A DNA stretch of 64,000 nucleotides from Candidatus Moraniibacteriota bacterium (GCA_003483065.1 DMWY01000018.1:8160-72159); one strand, 5' to 3'. Shown: positions 29,231 to 38,920, counted from the stretch's first letter. Numbers and translations: made by a program. The notes: generated by a model not told the origin, from the sequence alone.

Positions 29231-29315
29231 TGTCATCCTGAACTTGCCGTGCCTCGCCGGCAGGCGGGTTTCAGGATCTATTTTTTTAAGATGCTGAAAT
29301 AAATTCAGCATGACA
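29231..29315 (+). repeat. TGTCA...TGACA double-hairpin element (copy 2) with nested insert in left arm
   Basis: gtcatcctgaacttg[ccgtgcctcgccggcaggcgg]gtttcaggatct...gatgctgaaataaattcagcatgaca. Confidence 0.85.
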
Positions 29316-29319
29316 TCTT

Positions 29320-30114
29320 TTATTTCACTTCAAAATTTACTCCCATATTCACCACAATGTCTTGCGTGCCGGAGGAGATTTGCGGTGGAGTACTAGATTT
29401 GGCTTCGGCAGATCCCCCCATTCCAAGTGCTATTGGGGAATTAGCATAATCATAATTATCCGCAGTCATTGGCGCGTCTTCATACCAACTCACCACTTTC
29501 CCAAGTCTTCGAATTCCAGCCGCTTTCGCCAAAGCGCCAGCTTTTTGTCGCGCATCTTCTAGCGCCAAGACTCTCGCTTTTTGTTTCAAGATACTGATGT
29601 CATCAATATAATAATTCACGCCTTGAATCTCATTAGTACCATTGTCGCCTGCTGTCATCACAACACTATTCACAGTTTCAGAATTCTCATCCACTTTTCT
29701 CACTTTGATTGAAATATTTTGACTGGCATTATAGCCAGAAACTTTTGAGGTGCCATCTTTATAATCATAATTTGGATACAGATTATAATTTTGCGTTTTG
29801 ATGTCATCCACTGGAATTCCCAAAGCCAAAACCGCGTCACTTATTTTTTTGATCTTCACATTCAATTGTTCCAGTGCTTCTCCTGCGCTTCCTGCTCTGT
29901 CCACTCGCACGCCCAGCGTCACACTCGCCGTATCCGGTTTATATTCCACTTTCCCCTGCCCATAAACCGTCACTTGATTTTGAATTGGATTTACTAGTCT
30001 CTCCCGCACTAGCGAAACCACCGCCACAACCGTGACAAGAACTAGTCCCGCCAAGATAAGATAGAAACTATATTTCTTCTTATTAAATTCTTCTTTGATG
30101 TTTACTGTCTCCAT
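29320..30114 (-). CDS. SIMPL (DUF541/BP26) domain protein
   Basis: V.GQG.V...PD.A...LGV, DIKT..Y...P.Y, AL.DAR.KA..LA..AG..LG. Confidence 0.9.
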   Translation of the reverse strand: METVNIKEEFNKKKYSFYLILAGLVLVTVVAVVSLVRERLVNPIQNQVTVYGQGKVEYKPDTASVTLGVRVDRAGSAGEALEQLNVKIKKISDAVLALGIPVDDIKTQNYNLYPNYDYKDGTSKVSGYNASQNISIKVRKVDENSETVNSVVMTAGDNGTNEIQGVNYYIDDISILKQKARVLALEDARQKAGALAKAAGIRRLGKVVSWYEDAPMTADNYDYANSPIALGMGGSAEAKSSTPPQISSGTQDIVVNMGVNFEVK

Positions 30115-30156
30115 TTTATTTTAAATTAATAATTACAACTTTAAAATTTCTATTTT

Positions 30157-30235
30157 TGTCATCCTCGCGAATGCGGGGATCCAGTCTTAAATCATTAAGT
30201 TTCTACACTAGATTCCCGCCTAGGCGGGAATGACA
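30157..30235 (+). repeat. TGTCA...TGACA double-hairpin element (copy 3)
   Basis: gtcatcctcgcgaatgcggggatccagtc...tctacactagattcccgcctaggcgggaatgaca. Confidence 0.85.
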
Positions 30236-30369
30236 GAATTTTACATTACTATTATACCACAGAATTTAAAATTGACATTACTCCATTTTTACGCTAATCT
30301 ACATTTTCAAAAAGCTCCTCGTAAAATCACGGGGAATTAACCTTAATAGAAATTTAGGAGGTGGATACC

Positions 30370-30612
30370 ATGAAAGGAGTTACATCATTCGATTCCATTA
30401 GACTAGTTACTCATGCGGTGTGGTTAACGCTAGATGATCTTGATCAGTTAACTGACAAGGAAATCATCGATTATGGCGATGCGTTAGGTGCCACCGTCGG
30501 GCAAGGCGATAATAAAATGATCCTTGTCCAAATCAAAGAAAAATCTCAGCGTTTTCTTTATGTTTGGGAATTGAGGGATTCGCTATATGATTATTTTTTA
30601 AAAAATTCCTGA
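30370..30612 (+). CDS. Hypothetical protein
   Basis: AGGAGGT SD, TTGACA promoter upstream, terminator 30621-30660. Confidence 0.65.
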   Translation: MKGVTSFDSIRLVTHAVWLTLDDLDQLTDKEIIDYGDALGATVGQGDNKMILVQIKEKSQRFLYVWELRDSLYDYFLKNS

Positions 30613-30722
30613 TTTCCCCTTAGGCTTCCGAGAGAACATCTCGGGAGCCTAAAATTTTTTTTAAATTGACATTCCTCTCATTTTTTGCTACCATAAGTTT
30701 TCAAATAATTAATGAATAATCT

Positions 30723-31799
30723 ATGAAAAAATCAATATTTGCCGTTATAATCATTGCTATTATTTTTGGAGGAATGTTTTTTTTGCGTCAAAAAAATAGC
30801 TCTCAGGATGAAATCATAAAGACTCCTCCGGCGCCTACCTTAGTCAAAGTCAAAACCGCTAAAGATAGCAAGAGCCTCAAAGAAATCACCGAATATCCCG
30901 CTATTATTTCCAGCGACAGTGAAGCCACACTAAGCGCCAAAAATTCTGGAATTGTAGTTTCGGCTAACATTGATCTGGGAAAATTTGCCTCAAAAGGTCA
31001 AAATTTGGTCAAAATTGACGATATGGGATCTAATTTAACTTTAGGGAAAAATAATTTCGAAAGCGTTCAGGTTCAGCAATTGGAAATTGCCCTAAAGCAA
31101 GCCAAAAAATCCGAAGATTTGGCGGATGAAAATTATGATGACGACAAAAATGAAAGCACAAAAATTGCACGAGACATTGCCAAGCTTCAAGTTAAAAATG
31201 CCGAACTATCACTTCTTTCTGCCATCGACAGCCGTAATATCGCTTCTCCGATTGCAGGCCAGATAACTGAAAAATTTGTTTCCGTTGGCGATTTAGTTTC
31301 TTTTGGCCAGCCTTTGGCAAAAATAACTAATACTAGTCTGATTAAATTCCAATTTTATGTGGAAAAAGAAAAATTAGCTGATTTGAAAATTGGTCAATCA
31401 CTAGAAATATTAAGCGACGAGCAGGAAAATATTCCCGCTAAAATTATCCGCATTTCTCCATCAGCTGATCCAGCTACCAAAAGATTTCTAATTGAGGCCA
31501 AACCAAATCAAAAGATTACTTCTCCAATCGGAACAATTCTAACTGCTAAAATAGAAATCGAAAGAAAGCCGGGGAAAGAGTCCTCATTCATTCTTCCAAT
31601 TCCCGCTGTTATCATTAGTCAAAATGAGAACTATATTTTCATTGCTGAAAATGAAAAGGCTAGAAAGATTAATGTTTCGATTGAAAAAATAATTGGCGAA
31701 ACGGCTGAAATCAAAGCTGATCTTGCGCCAGAAGACAAAATTATCCTTGAGGGCAACAAATTTCTTGCTCAAGACTCTCTTATAAAAATTGAAGAATAA
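30723..31799 (+). CDS. RND efflux membrane-fusion (periplasmic adaptor) protein
   Basis: Lipoyl-like I.SPIAGQI....V..GD.V..GQ.L..I, RISPSAD..T. Confidence 0.9.
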   Translation: MKKSIFAVIIIAIIFGGMFFLRQKNSSQDEIIKTPPAPTLVKVKTAKDSKSLKEITEYPAIISSDSEATLSAKNSGIVVSANIDLGKFASKGQNLVKIDDMGSNLTLGKNNFESVQVQQLEIALKQAKKSEDLADENYDDDKNESTKIARDIAKLQVKNAELSLLSAIDSRNIASPIAGQITEKFVSVGDLVSFGQPLAKITNTSLIKFQFYVEKEKLADLKIGQSLEILSDEQENIPAKIIRISPSADPATKRFLIEAKPNQKITSPIGTILTAKIEIERKPGKESSFILPIPAVIISQNENYIFIAENEKARKINVSIEKIIGETAEIKADLAPEDKIILEGNKFLAQDSLIKIEE

Positions 31800-31806
31800 A
31801 AATATT

Positions 31807-34800
31807 ATGAATAATAAAGAAATACAAGAAAGCTGTCCCCAGAATGATTCGTCACTTTCTTCTGATTCGGCTTATTTGGAAAAATTGGAGTTTGATCCAG
31901 CACTCAAAAAAACTTGGCTTAATTTTTTTGTGTCTAATTTTCGCGTAGTAGTTCTACTTATCATCCTTCTTTCTAGTTGGGGAATTTATTCTTTCATAAA
32001 TTTGCCCCTAGAATCCAATCCGGAAGTCAAAATTCCTTTTGCAGTTGTGACCACTGTTTTTCCTGGTGCTTCTCCGTCTGATGTTGAAGAATTAGTGACT
32101 AAAAAATTAGAAACGGCTATTTCGGGAGTTAAGGGGATAAAAAAAATCACTTCCGATTCCACCAATTCTTTCTCTGCTATTTCGGTGGAATTTGATACTT
32201 CAGAAAATCAAGATGATGCTTTGCGCAATCTAAAAGATAGGGTTGCTACAGTCAAAGACTTGCCGGAAGATGCCAATGATCCGCAGACGAATGAAATTTC
32301 CTTCGACAGCACCCCGATTTTTACTTTTTCTATTTCAGGAAATTATGATGACTTCACGCTCAGGACACAAGCGGAAAAGATTAAAGATGAACTGGAAAAG
32401 ATTTCTGGCGTGCAAGAAGTTAATATTTTCGGAGGCGATGAAAAAGAATTTGAAATTGCTTATGATCCGCAAAAATTGACTTACTATAACATCACTGTTG
32501 GCCAAGCCAATCAGGTCGTAGCTTCACTTAATCATATTTTCCCAGGAGGAAATTTTGAAGGAGAAAAATTCAACTATCCCGTGAGCGTTGACGGTAGATT
32601 TTTTAACGCCGAAAAATTAGGCAATATTCCACTGACTCATATTCAAAATGGAAATATTTTGTATCTCAAAGATGTCGCCAAAGTTTCAGAAAAATCCATC
32701 AAAAAAACCATTTATTCCCGACTTTCTATAAACGGCCAAGAACCTCAAAGTGCAGTGACAGTGAGTTTGGTCAAAAAAACTGGCGGTTCAATTGTTGATA
32801 TTGTTGATGAAGCCAAAAAAGTTATTGCGACTCAACTGGAAACTTTTCCTCCCGGAACAACCTACCAAATAACTACTGATTTTTCAGAAATAATCAGAAA
32901 GGATTTTAAGCAACTCACTCACGATTTTGTCCTCACCTTGATTTTAGTTTTTGGAATTCTCTTTTTAATCGTCGGTCTCAAAGAAGCCATTGTGGCAGGA
33001 CTAGCTATTCCATTGGTCTTTTTCGCTACTTTTGGCGTAATGGTCCAAACAGGAATTTCTCTTAATTTTCTTTCTATATTTTCCCTTATCCTTTCTTTAG
33101 GACTTCTCGTAGATGATGCTATCGTCGTTGTGAGCGCTACGAAACAATATTTGAAAACTGGAAAATTCACTCCGGAAGAAGCTGTGCTTTTGGTGCTTCG
33201 CGACTTTAAAGTCGTTTTGACCTCAACTACGCTGGCTACTACTTGGGCATTTTTGCCTTTGCTTTTGTCAACTGGAATTATCGGTTCATTTATCAAATCT
33301 ATTCCCATTACTGTTTCCGTCACTCTGATTTCTTCTCTGATTATTGCATTAGCCATCAATCATCCCCTAGCCGCTGTTTTGGAAAGAATCCGACTTACCA
33401 AAAAATTCTTCTTCGTTATTGAATTTTTTCTTTTGGCAATTTTTGCAAGCCTAATTTATTTTGGTGGTTTTTGGAATTATCTTTTCGGCGCTATTTTTGC
33501 ATTTATCTTTCTGTGGCTAATGCATTGGTATGAAAAAGGCGGAGAAGAAAAATTAGAAAGCAATAAGATACTTGCTGAAAAAGAATGGTACGACGATGAT
33601 TTGATTAAGCTAAAATTAAAAACCCAAGGGGAAAGCAAGGATATGAGTTTTGCCAGTCGACTAATTCACGGCATTATTCATTTTGACAAAGTTATCCCAA
33701 TTTATGAAAAATATCTAAGAATGGCAATTTGCACCAAAAAAAGACGTACTATTGTCCTTTTTGCCACTGCGCTACTTTTCATCTCTTCTGTCCTCCTGCC
33801 AATTTTTGGAATTGTTCCAATGGAATTTTTCCCCGCTTCAGATGAAAATAATTTATATATTAATGTAGAAAAAGCGGTCGGTTTGAATTTAGATGAAACT
33901 GACAAAACTGTCCAGGAATTGGAAAGGAGATTATTGAATTATAAGGAAATTATCAATTTCTCCACTGTCACAGGAAAACAAGGTGCTTCCCCAAGTGGTG
34001 GAGGAGATTTTTCTAGTGGTTCTTCCAACAAAGCCTCTATCACAATCACTCTATCAGACAAAGAAGCTCGTGAAATAACCTCCTATGATTTAGCCAAAAA
34101 AATTAGAGATGATTTTTCTAATATTCAAGAGGCTGATATCACTGTCGAATCTGCTCAGGGTGGTCCGCCATCAGGCTCAGCTTTTGAAGCGCAAATTATT
34201 GGTGATGATTTACAAGAATTAGATCGCGTTGCCAATGAACTAAAACCCATCCTCGCGTCAATCTCTGGCGTAGTGGATATAAAATCATCTCTGAAAGACG
34301 CTCCGGCGCAATATACTTTTTTGCTTGATCCGATAAAACTAGCTTTTCATAATCTAAGTGCGCCAAATGTTGGCACAACTATTCGCACTGCTATTTCTGG
34401 AACGGAGATTAGTACTATAATTGAAGATAACAAAGAAATTTCCATCAATGCTCGTTTTGACGAGAAAAAAATTCCAACACTGGAAACTATTCAAAATCTT
34501 GAAATTACCAATTCCAACGGACAACCAATTTTCATAAAAGATGTAGCCAAAGTCGAGCTCAAACCTTCCGTTGACACCATCACAAGAATTGATCAAAAAA
34601 GAGCAGTGGTTCTCAGTGCTGGAGTTGAAGGAGGAGTGAGATCAAATGAGGTGGTAGCCCAGTTTCAAAAGAAATTGAAAAATGATTATGTTTTGCCGGA
34701 AGGCTATGTCATTACTTATGGCGGAGAAAATGAACAAAATGCCGAGTCAGTTCTTTCCATCATTCGCGCCATGGCCATTGCCGGAATTCTCATTGTTTCC

Positions 34801-35238
34801 ACTCTCATCATTCAATTCAACTCCTTCAAAAAAGCTATGATTGTGCTCATCACCCTGCCACTCGCCCTCATCGGCGTTTTCTATGGTTTGGCAATTTTCG
34901 GTGTCGCCCTTTCTTTCCCAGGACTAATTGGAATTCTGGCGCTTTTTGGTATCGTAGTGAAAAACGCCATTATTCTCATTGACAAAATAAACTTGAACAT
35001 TAAATTTGGTATTCCTTTTTATGATTCTATTATAGACGCCGGCAAATCTCGCCTAGAAGCCATTTTCATCACTTCCATCGCCACAATTTTTGGCCTCATC
35101 CCCATCACTCTTTCTGACGCCACTTGGATGGCGCTGGGCAGTGCTGTCATTTTCGGCCTAATGTTTTCTTCATTCTTAACCTTATTTGTTGTCCCGCTTT
35201 TATATGTCAGCTGGATTTCACAGAAAGAAAGATTTTAG
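31807..35238 (+). CDS. RND efflux permease (AcrB/AcrD/AcrF family)
   Basis: PGASP..VE..VT, GLLVDDAIVV, GIVVKNAIILID. Confidence 0.93.
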   Translation: MNNKEIQESCPQNDSSLSSDSAYLEKLEFDPALKKTWLNFFVSNFRVVVLLIILLSSWGIYSFINLPLESNPEVKIPFAVVTTVFPGASPSDVEELVTKKLETAISGVKGIKKITSDSTNSFSAISVEFDTSENQDDALRNLKDRVATVKDLPEDANDPQTNEISFDSTPIFTFSISGNYDDFTLRTQAEKIKDELEKISGVQEVNIFGGDEKEFEIAYDPQKLTYYNITVGQANQVVASLNHIFPGGNFEGEKFNYPVSVDGRFFNAEKLGNIPLTHIQNGNILYLKDVAKVSEKSIKKTIYSRLSINGQEPQSAVTVSLVKKTGGSIVDIVDEAKKVIATQLETFPPGTTYQITTDFSEIIRKDFKQLTHDFVLTLILVFGILFLIVGLKEAIVAGLAIPLVFFATFGVMVQTGISLNFLSIFSLILSLGLLVDDAIVVVSATKQYLKTGKFTPEEAVLLVLRDFKVVLTSTTLATTWAFLPLLLSTGIIGSFIKSIPITVSVTLISSLIIALAINHPLAAVLERIRLTKKFFFVIEFFLLAIFASLIYFGGFWNYLFGAIFAFIFLWLMHWYEKGGEEKLESNKILAEKEWYDDDLIKLKLKTQGESKDMSFASRLIHGIIHFDKVIPIYEKYLRMAICTKKRRTIVLFATALLFISSVLLPIFGIVPMEFFPASDENNLYINVEKAVGLNLDETDKTVQELERRLLNYKEIINFSTVTGKQGASPSGGGDFSSGSSNKASITITLSDKEAREITSYDLAKKIRDDFSNIQEADITVESAQGGPPSGSAFEAQIIGDDLQELDRVANELKPILASISGVVDIKSSLKDAPAQYTFLLDPIKLAFHNLSAPNVGTTIRTAISGTEISTIIEDNKEISINARFDEKKIPTLETIQNLEITNSNGQPIFIKDVAKVELKPSVDTITRIDQKRAVVLSAGVEGGVRSNEVVAQFQKKLKNDYVLPEGYVITYGGENEQNAESVLSIIRAMAIAGILIVSTLIIQFNSFKKAMIVLITLPLALIGVFYGLAIFGVALSFPGLIGILALFGIVVKNAIILIDKINLNIKFGIPFYDSIIDAGKSRLEAIFITSIATIFGLIPITLSDATWMALGSAVIFGLMFSSFLTLFVVPLLYVSWISQKERF

Positions 35239-35241
35239 AAT

Positions 35242-35430
35242 TTGACCTTTTGCAATTTTTGTATATAATATAGATGAAGCCTTGATGCGACCCCACCAAC
35301 CGCGGAGCTTCCGCCCAAAGTTAGCGATATAACTTTTCAAAGAGCGCCCAAATGATATGGGAATTCGAGTGGAACCGTCCTAAGATAATAGGACCTCGAA
35401 ATCTAATATTATTTTGGTGCTTTTTTATTT
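35242..35430 (+). promoter_or_regulatory. Promoter plus Thr T-box leader with ultrashort Stem I
   Basis: TTGACC..TATAAT; aagc-cttgat-gcg-accccACCaac-cgc-gga-gctt; TCGAGTGGAACCGTCC...GGACCTCGA antiterminator; U tract before thrS. Confidence 0.8.
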
Positions 35431-35456
35431 TTAATAATTAAATAAATTTCAAATTT

Positions 35457-37217
35457 ATGTCAAACAAAAAAACCACTCCTAACGATTTAGACATCCTTCG
35501 CCACTCAGCATCACACGTAATGGCATCAGCAGTCCTCGAAATGTTTCCAGAAGCCAAGTTTGCTATTGGCCCCTCCATTGAAAACGGCTTTTATTATGAC
35601 TTTGAGCTTCCACGAACTCTCATTCCAGAAGACTTGGAAATTCTTGAAGAAAAAATGCGAGCCATCATCAAGGCCAATCACCCTTTTGAACGTGCAGAGA
35701 TTTCTTTTGCAGATGCGCTAAAAGATTTCAAAAAAGCTAACCAACCCTACAAAGTTGAGCTTATCAAAGATCTTGAAAAATCCCAAGAAACTAATAAGCC
35801 ACTAAACCAATTAACTATTTACAAATCCGGAGTTTTTGTCGACCTCTGCAGTGGCCCACATCTTGAATCAACCGGAGAAATTCCAGCTGACGCCTTCAAG
35901 CTCACCAAAATCTCCGGTGCTTATTGGCGAGGTGATGAAAAAAATAAAATGCTTCAAAGAATTTATGGTGTGGCTTTTGGAAGCAAAAATGATTTGAAAG
36001 AATATTTGCATATGATTGAAGAAGCGGAAAAAAGAAACCATGTTAAATTAGGAAAGGAACTCCGATTATTTTCTACTCACATTGAAGGACCGGGTTTTCC
36101 ATTTTTTCATCCAAAGGGAATGATAGTTTGGAATGAGCTTATCAAGTATTGGAAAGAAGAACATACAAAAGAGAATTACCAAGAAATAAGCACGCCAATT
36201 ATTCTCAATCGAACTCTTTGGGAAAAAAGTGGCCACTGGGATCACTACAAAGATAATATGTATTTTACCAAAATTGATGAAACTGATTATGCGGTGAAAC
36301 CTATGAATTGCCCAGGAGGAATTTTAGTTTACAAATCCGATATGCATAGCTACAAAGAATTACCTCTTAAGTTAGCGGAGATTGGCCTCGTCCATCGACA
36401 TGAACTCTCCGGAACCTTAAATGGACTTTTTCGAGTGCGTATGTTTCGACAAGACGATGCTCACATCTATTGCATGGAGAATCAAATCAAGGATGAGATA
36501 ATTAAACTGACAAAAATGATTGAACGAATTTATAAAACTTTTGGATTGTCATATCATATGGAACTATCCACTCGACCAGAAAATTCAACCGGTACGGACA
36601 AGATATGGGAACAAGCTGAAAATGCCCTGAAGGATGCTTTGAATGAAATGAAAGTTGATTATAAACTAAATCCGGGAGATGGAGCTTTTTACGGACCAAA
36701 AATAGATTTTCATATTAAAGACGCTATTGGCAGAACTTGGCAATGCGGAACAATTCAGCTTGATTTTTCAATGCCGGAAAGATTCGATTTGACCTATATC
36801 GGCGAAGATGGCAAAGAACATCGACCCGTAATGCTTCATCGGGTTATTTATGGCGCAGTAGAGCGCTTCATGGGAATTCTTATTGAACACTATGCCGGTG
36901 CCTTCCCTCTTTGGCTCTCCCCTGTGCAAGTAGCAATTTTGCCAGTCAGTGAAAAGTTTGAAAAATATGCCAAAGATGTAGAGACGCAATTTATTGCCTC
37001 TGGTATTCGTGTGGAATTATATAACCAATCCGAGTCACTCGGCAAAAGAATTCGCGAAGCCGAAAAGCAAAAAATTCCATATATGCTCGTAGTCGGAGAA
37101 AAAGAAGAAGCCGACAACTCTGTAGCTGTGCGCTCCCGAGGAACGAAAGATCAAGAAGTTATGAAAGTAGAAAATTTTGTTGAAAAAATTATCGCAGAAA
37201 TTAAGGAGAAGAAATAA
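35457..37217 (+). CDS. thrS: Threonine--tRNA ligase
   Basis: RHSASH, DLCSGPH, KPMNCP, RHE.SG, GAFYGPKID. Confidence 0.98.
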   Translation: MSNKKTTPNDLDILRHSASHVMASAVLEMFPEAKFAIGPSIENGFYYDFELPRTLIPEDLEILEEKMRAIIKANHPFERAEISFADALKDFKKANQPYKVELIKDLEKSQETNKPLNQLTIYKSGVFVDLCSGPHLESTGEIPADAFKLTKISGAYWRGDEKNKMLQRIYGVAFGSKNDLKEYLHMIEEAEKRNHVKLGKELRLFSTHIEGPGFPFFHPKGMIVWNELIKYWKEEHTKENYQEISTPIILNRTLWEKSGHWDHYKDNMYFTKIDETDYAVKPMNCPGGILVYKSDMHSYKELPLKLAEIGLVHRHELSGTLNGLFRVRMFRQDDAHIYCMENQIKDEIIKLTKMIERIYKTFGLSYHMELSTRPENSTGTDKIWEQAENALKDALNEMKVDYKLNPGDGAFYGPKIDFHIKDAIGRTWQCGTIQLDFSMPERFDLTYIGEDGKEHRPVMLHRVIYGAVERFMGILIEHYAGAFPLWLSPVQVAILPVSEKFEKYAKDVETQFIASGIRVELYNQSESLGKRIREAEKQKIPYMLVVGEKEEADNSVAVRSRGTKDQEVMKVENFVEKIIAEIKEKK

Positions 37218-37234
37218 ATATTCATTATTTTCCC

Positions 37235-37446
37235 CCACCCCATAAAATAAAGAATTTAAATTGAGATTTTCGAGCGTTAAGAAATTCCTCATCTTCGCTC
37301 GATGTACTCATCGAGCCTAGGAATTTTAGCGAGAAAATCGAAAATTTATTTCTTTATTTTATTTGGGTGGCCTTTTTCTTTTTTGCCACTTTTCTTTTGG
37401 GAAAAGAAAAGTGGCGAGGAGTTTTTTGAGGCAAAGAAAAAGTAAG
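37235..37446 (+). repeat. Family-A composite hairpin repeat, copy 3
   Basis: Arms near-identical to copy 2, with compensatory changes (aatttact/agtaaatt to aattcct/aggaatt; ttac/gtaa to ccac/gtgg). Confidence 0.9.
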
Positions 37447-37456
37447 AATAGAATTT

Positions 37457-38902
37457 ATGAAATACCACATCAAAACATTTGGTTGCCAGATGAACATTTC
37501 AGATAGCGAAAGAATTGCTAGCTTTTTGGAGTCGCAAAAAATTAAACCAACCGAAGAAATAACAAAAGCTGATTTGGTTATTTTTAATACTTGTGGAATA
37601 AGACAGATGGCTGAGGATCGTGTTTATGGACAAATACATAATATCAGAAAACAAGAATCAATGATCAATGATCAACAAAAAAAGAAAACTATTATTCTCA
37701 CCGGATGTTTAGCTAATCGAAAAGATGTGCAGAGAAGATTGAAAAATAAGGTTGATTTGTTTTGTGAGATTAAAGATTTTCAAAAGGAATTTAGAAATTG
37801 GATAATTGGAAATTATTTGGAAATTGGAAATTGGAAATTGGAAATTCCGGCACAACAAAAAAACACGCCATGCTCAGATTATTTATCCATCAACCCCAAA
37901 TACAATAATTCGCATAGCGCCTTCGTGCCGGTTATGACCGGTTGCAACAATTTCTGTTCCTATTGCGTTGTGCCATACGCCAGAGGACGCGAAGTTTCAA
38001 GGCCTTCAAAGGAAATAATTATGGAAATAAAAAACCTGCTCAAAAATGGTTGCAAAGAAATAATTCTTCTTGGACAGAATGTGAATTCTTATCAGCATAT
38101 GCCCTCTCCCCAACCCTCTCCCGATTACGGGAGAGGGGGTAATTCCAATCCTTCTCCCCCTTTGGGGGAGATGTCGCGTACTCGCGACAGAGAGGGTGAC
38201 GTTGTAAATTTCCCCAAACTCTTGCAACTCATCGAAAAAATTCCCGGCCATTTTTGGATTTCTTTTATGTCTAGCCACCCGAAAGATTTTTCTTCGGAAT
38301 TAATTGAAACAATTGCGAAATCGAAAAAAATATGTGAGCATATCCATCTCCCCTTGCAAGCTGGAGACGACAAGATTCTTTTAGCAATGAATCGAAAATA
38401 CACCGCCAAAAAATATTTAAACCTAGTAGCAAAAATAAAGTCCGCTTTCGCTAAATATAAACCCAATAAATTATATTCCATCACCACCGATATAATTGTC
38501 GGTTTTCCCGGAGAAACAAAAAAACAATTTCTTGAGTCGGCGTGCGTCATGAAAAAAGTCGGCTATGATCTTGTCTATTTTGGCCAATTCTCTCCCCGCC
38601 CAGGAACTGTTGCTTTTAAAATGAAAGATAATGTTTCCAAAATCGAAAAAAAGAAACGGGAATTTTTTCTCAATGAAATCCTAAAAGAAACTGCTCTTGG
38701 AAATAATCAAAAATATCTTGGAAAAATTTTGGAGGTTCTCATTGATAAAAAGGAAGGTGCTAATTATTTCGGCCGAACTCACTCATTAAAAAATGTGAAG
38801 ATTATTTCCACACAGAAAAATTTGGTCGGAAAATTTGTAAAGGTAAAAATAACCAAAGCTAATATTTGGAATTTGGAAGCTTCTCTTTACATAAAGCCAT
38901 AA
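37457..38902 (+). CDS. miaB: tRNA methylthiotransferase MiaB
   Basis: TFGCQMN, NTC, GC, CNNFCSYC radical SAM motif, TRAM domain; several repeat-derived inserts. Confidence 0.95.
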   Translation: MKYHIKTFGCQMNISDSERIASFLESQKIKPTEEITKADLVIFNTCGIRQMAEDRVYGQIHNIRKQESMINDQQKKKTIILTGCLANRKDVQRRLKNKVDLFCEIKDFQKEFRNWIIGNYLEIGNWKLEIPAQQKNTPCSDYLSINPKYNNSHSAFVPVMTGCNNFCSYCVVPYARGREVSRPSKEIIMEIKNLLKNGCKEIILLGQNVNSYQHMPSPQPSPDYGRGGNSNPSPPLGEMSRTRDREGDVVNFPKLLQLIEKIPGHFWISFMSSHPKDFSSELIETIAKSKKICEHIHLPLQAGDDKILLAMNRKYTAKKYLNLVAKIKSAFAKYKPNKLYSITTDIIVGFPGETKKQFLESACVMKKVGYDLVYFGQFSPRPGTVAFKMKDNVSKIEKKKREFFLNEILKETALGNNQKYLGKILEVLIDKKEGANYFGRTHSLKNVKIISTQKNLVGKFVKVKITKANIWNLEASLYIKP

Positions 38903-38920
38903 TTACCTTATATTATTTCT

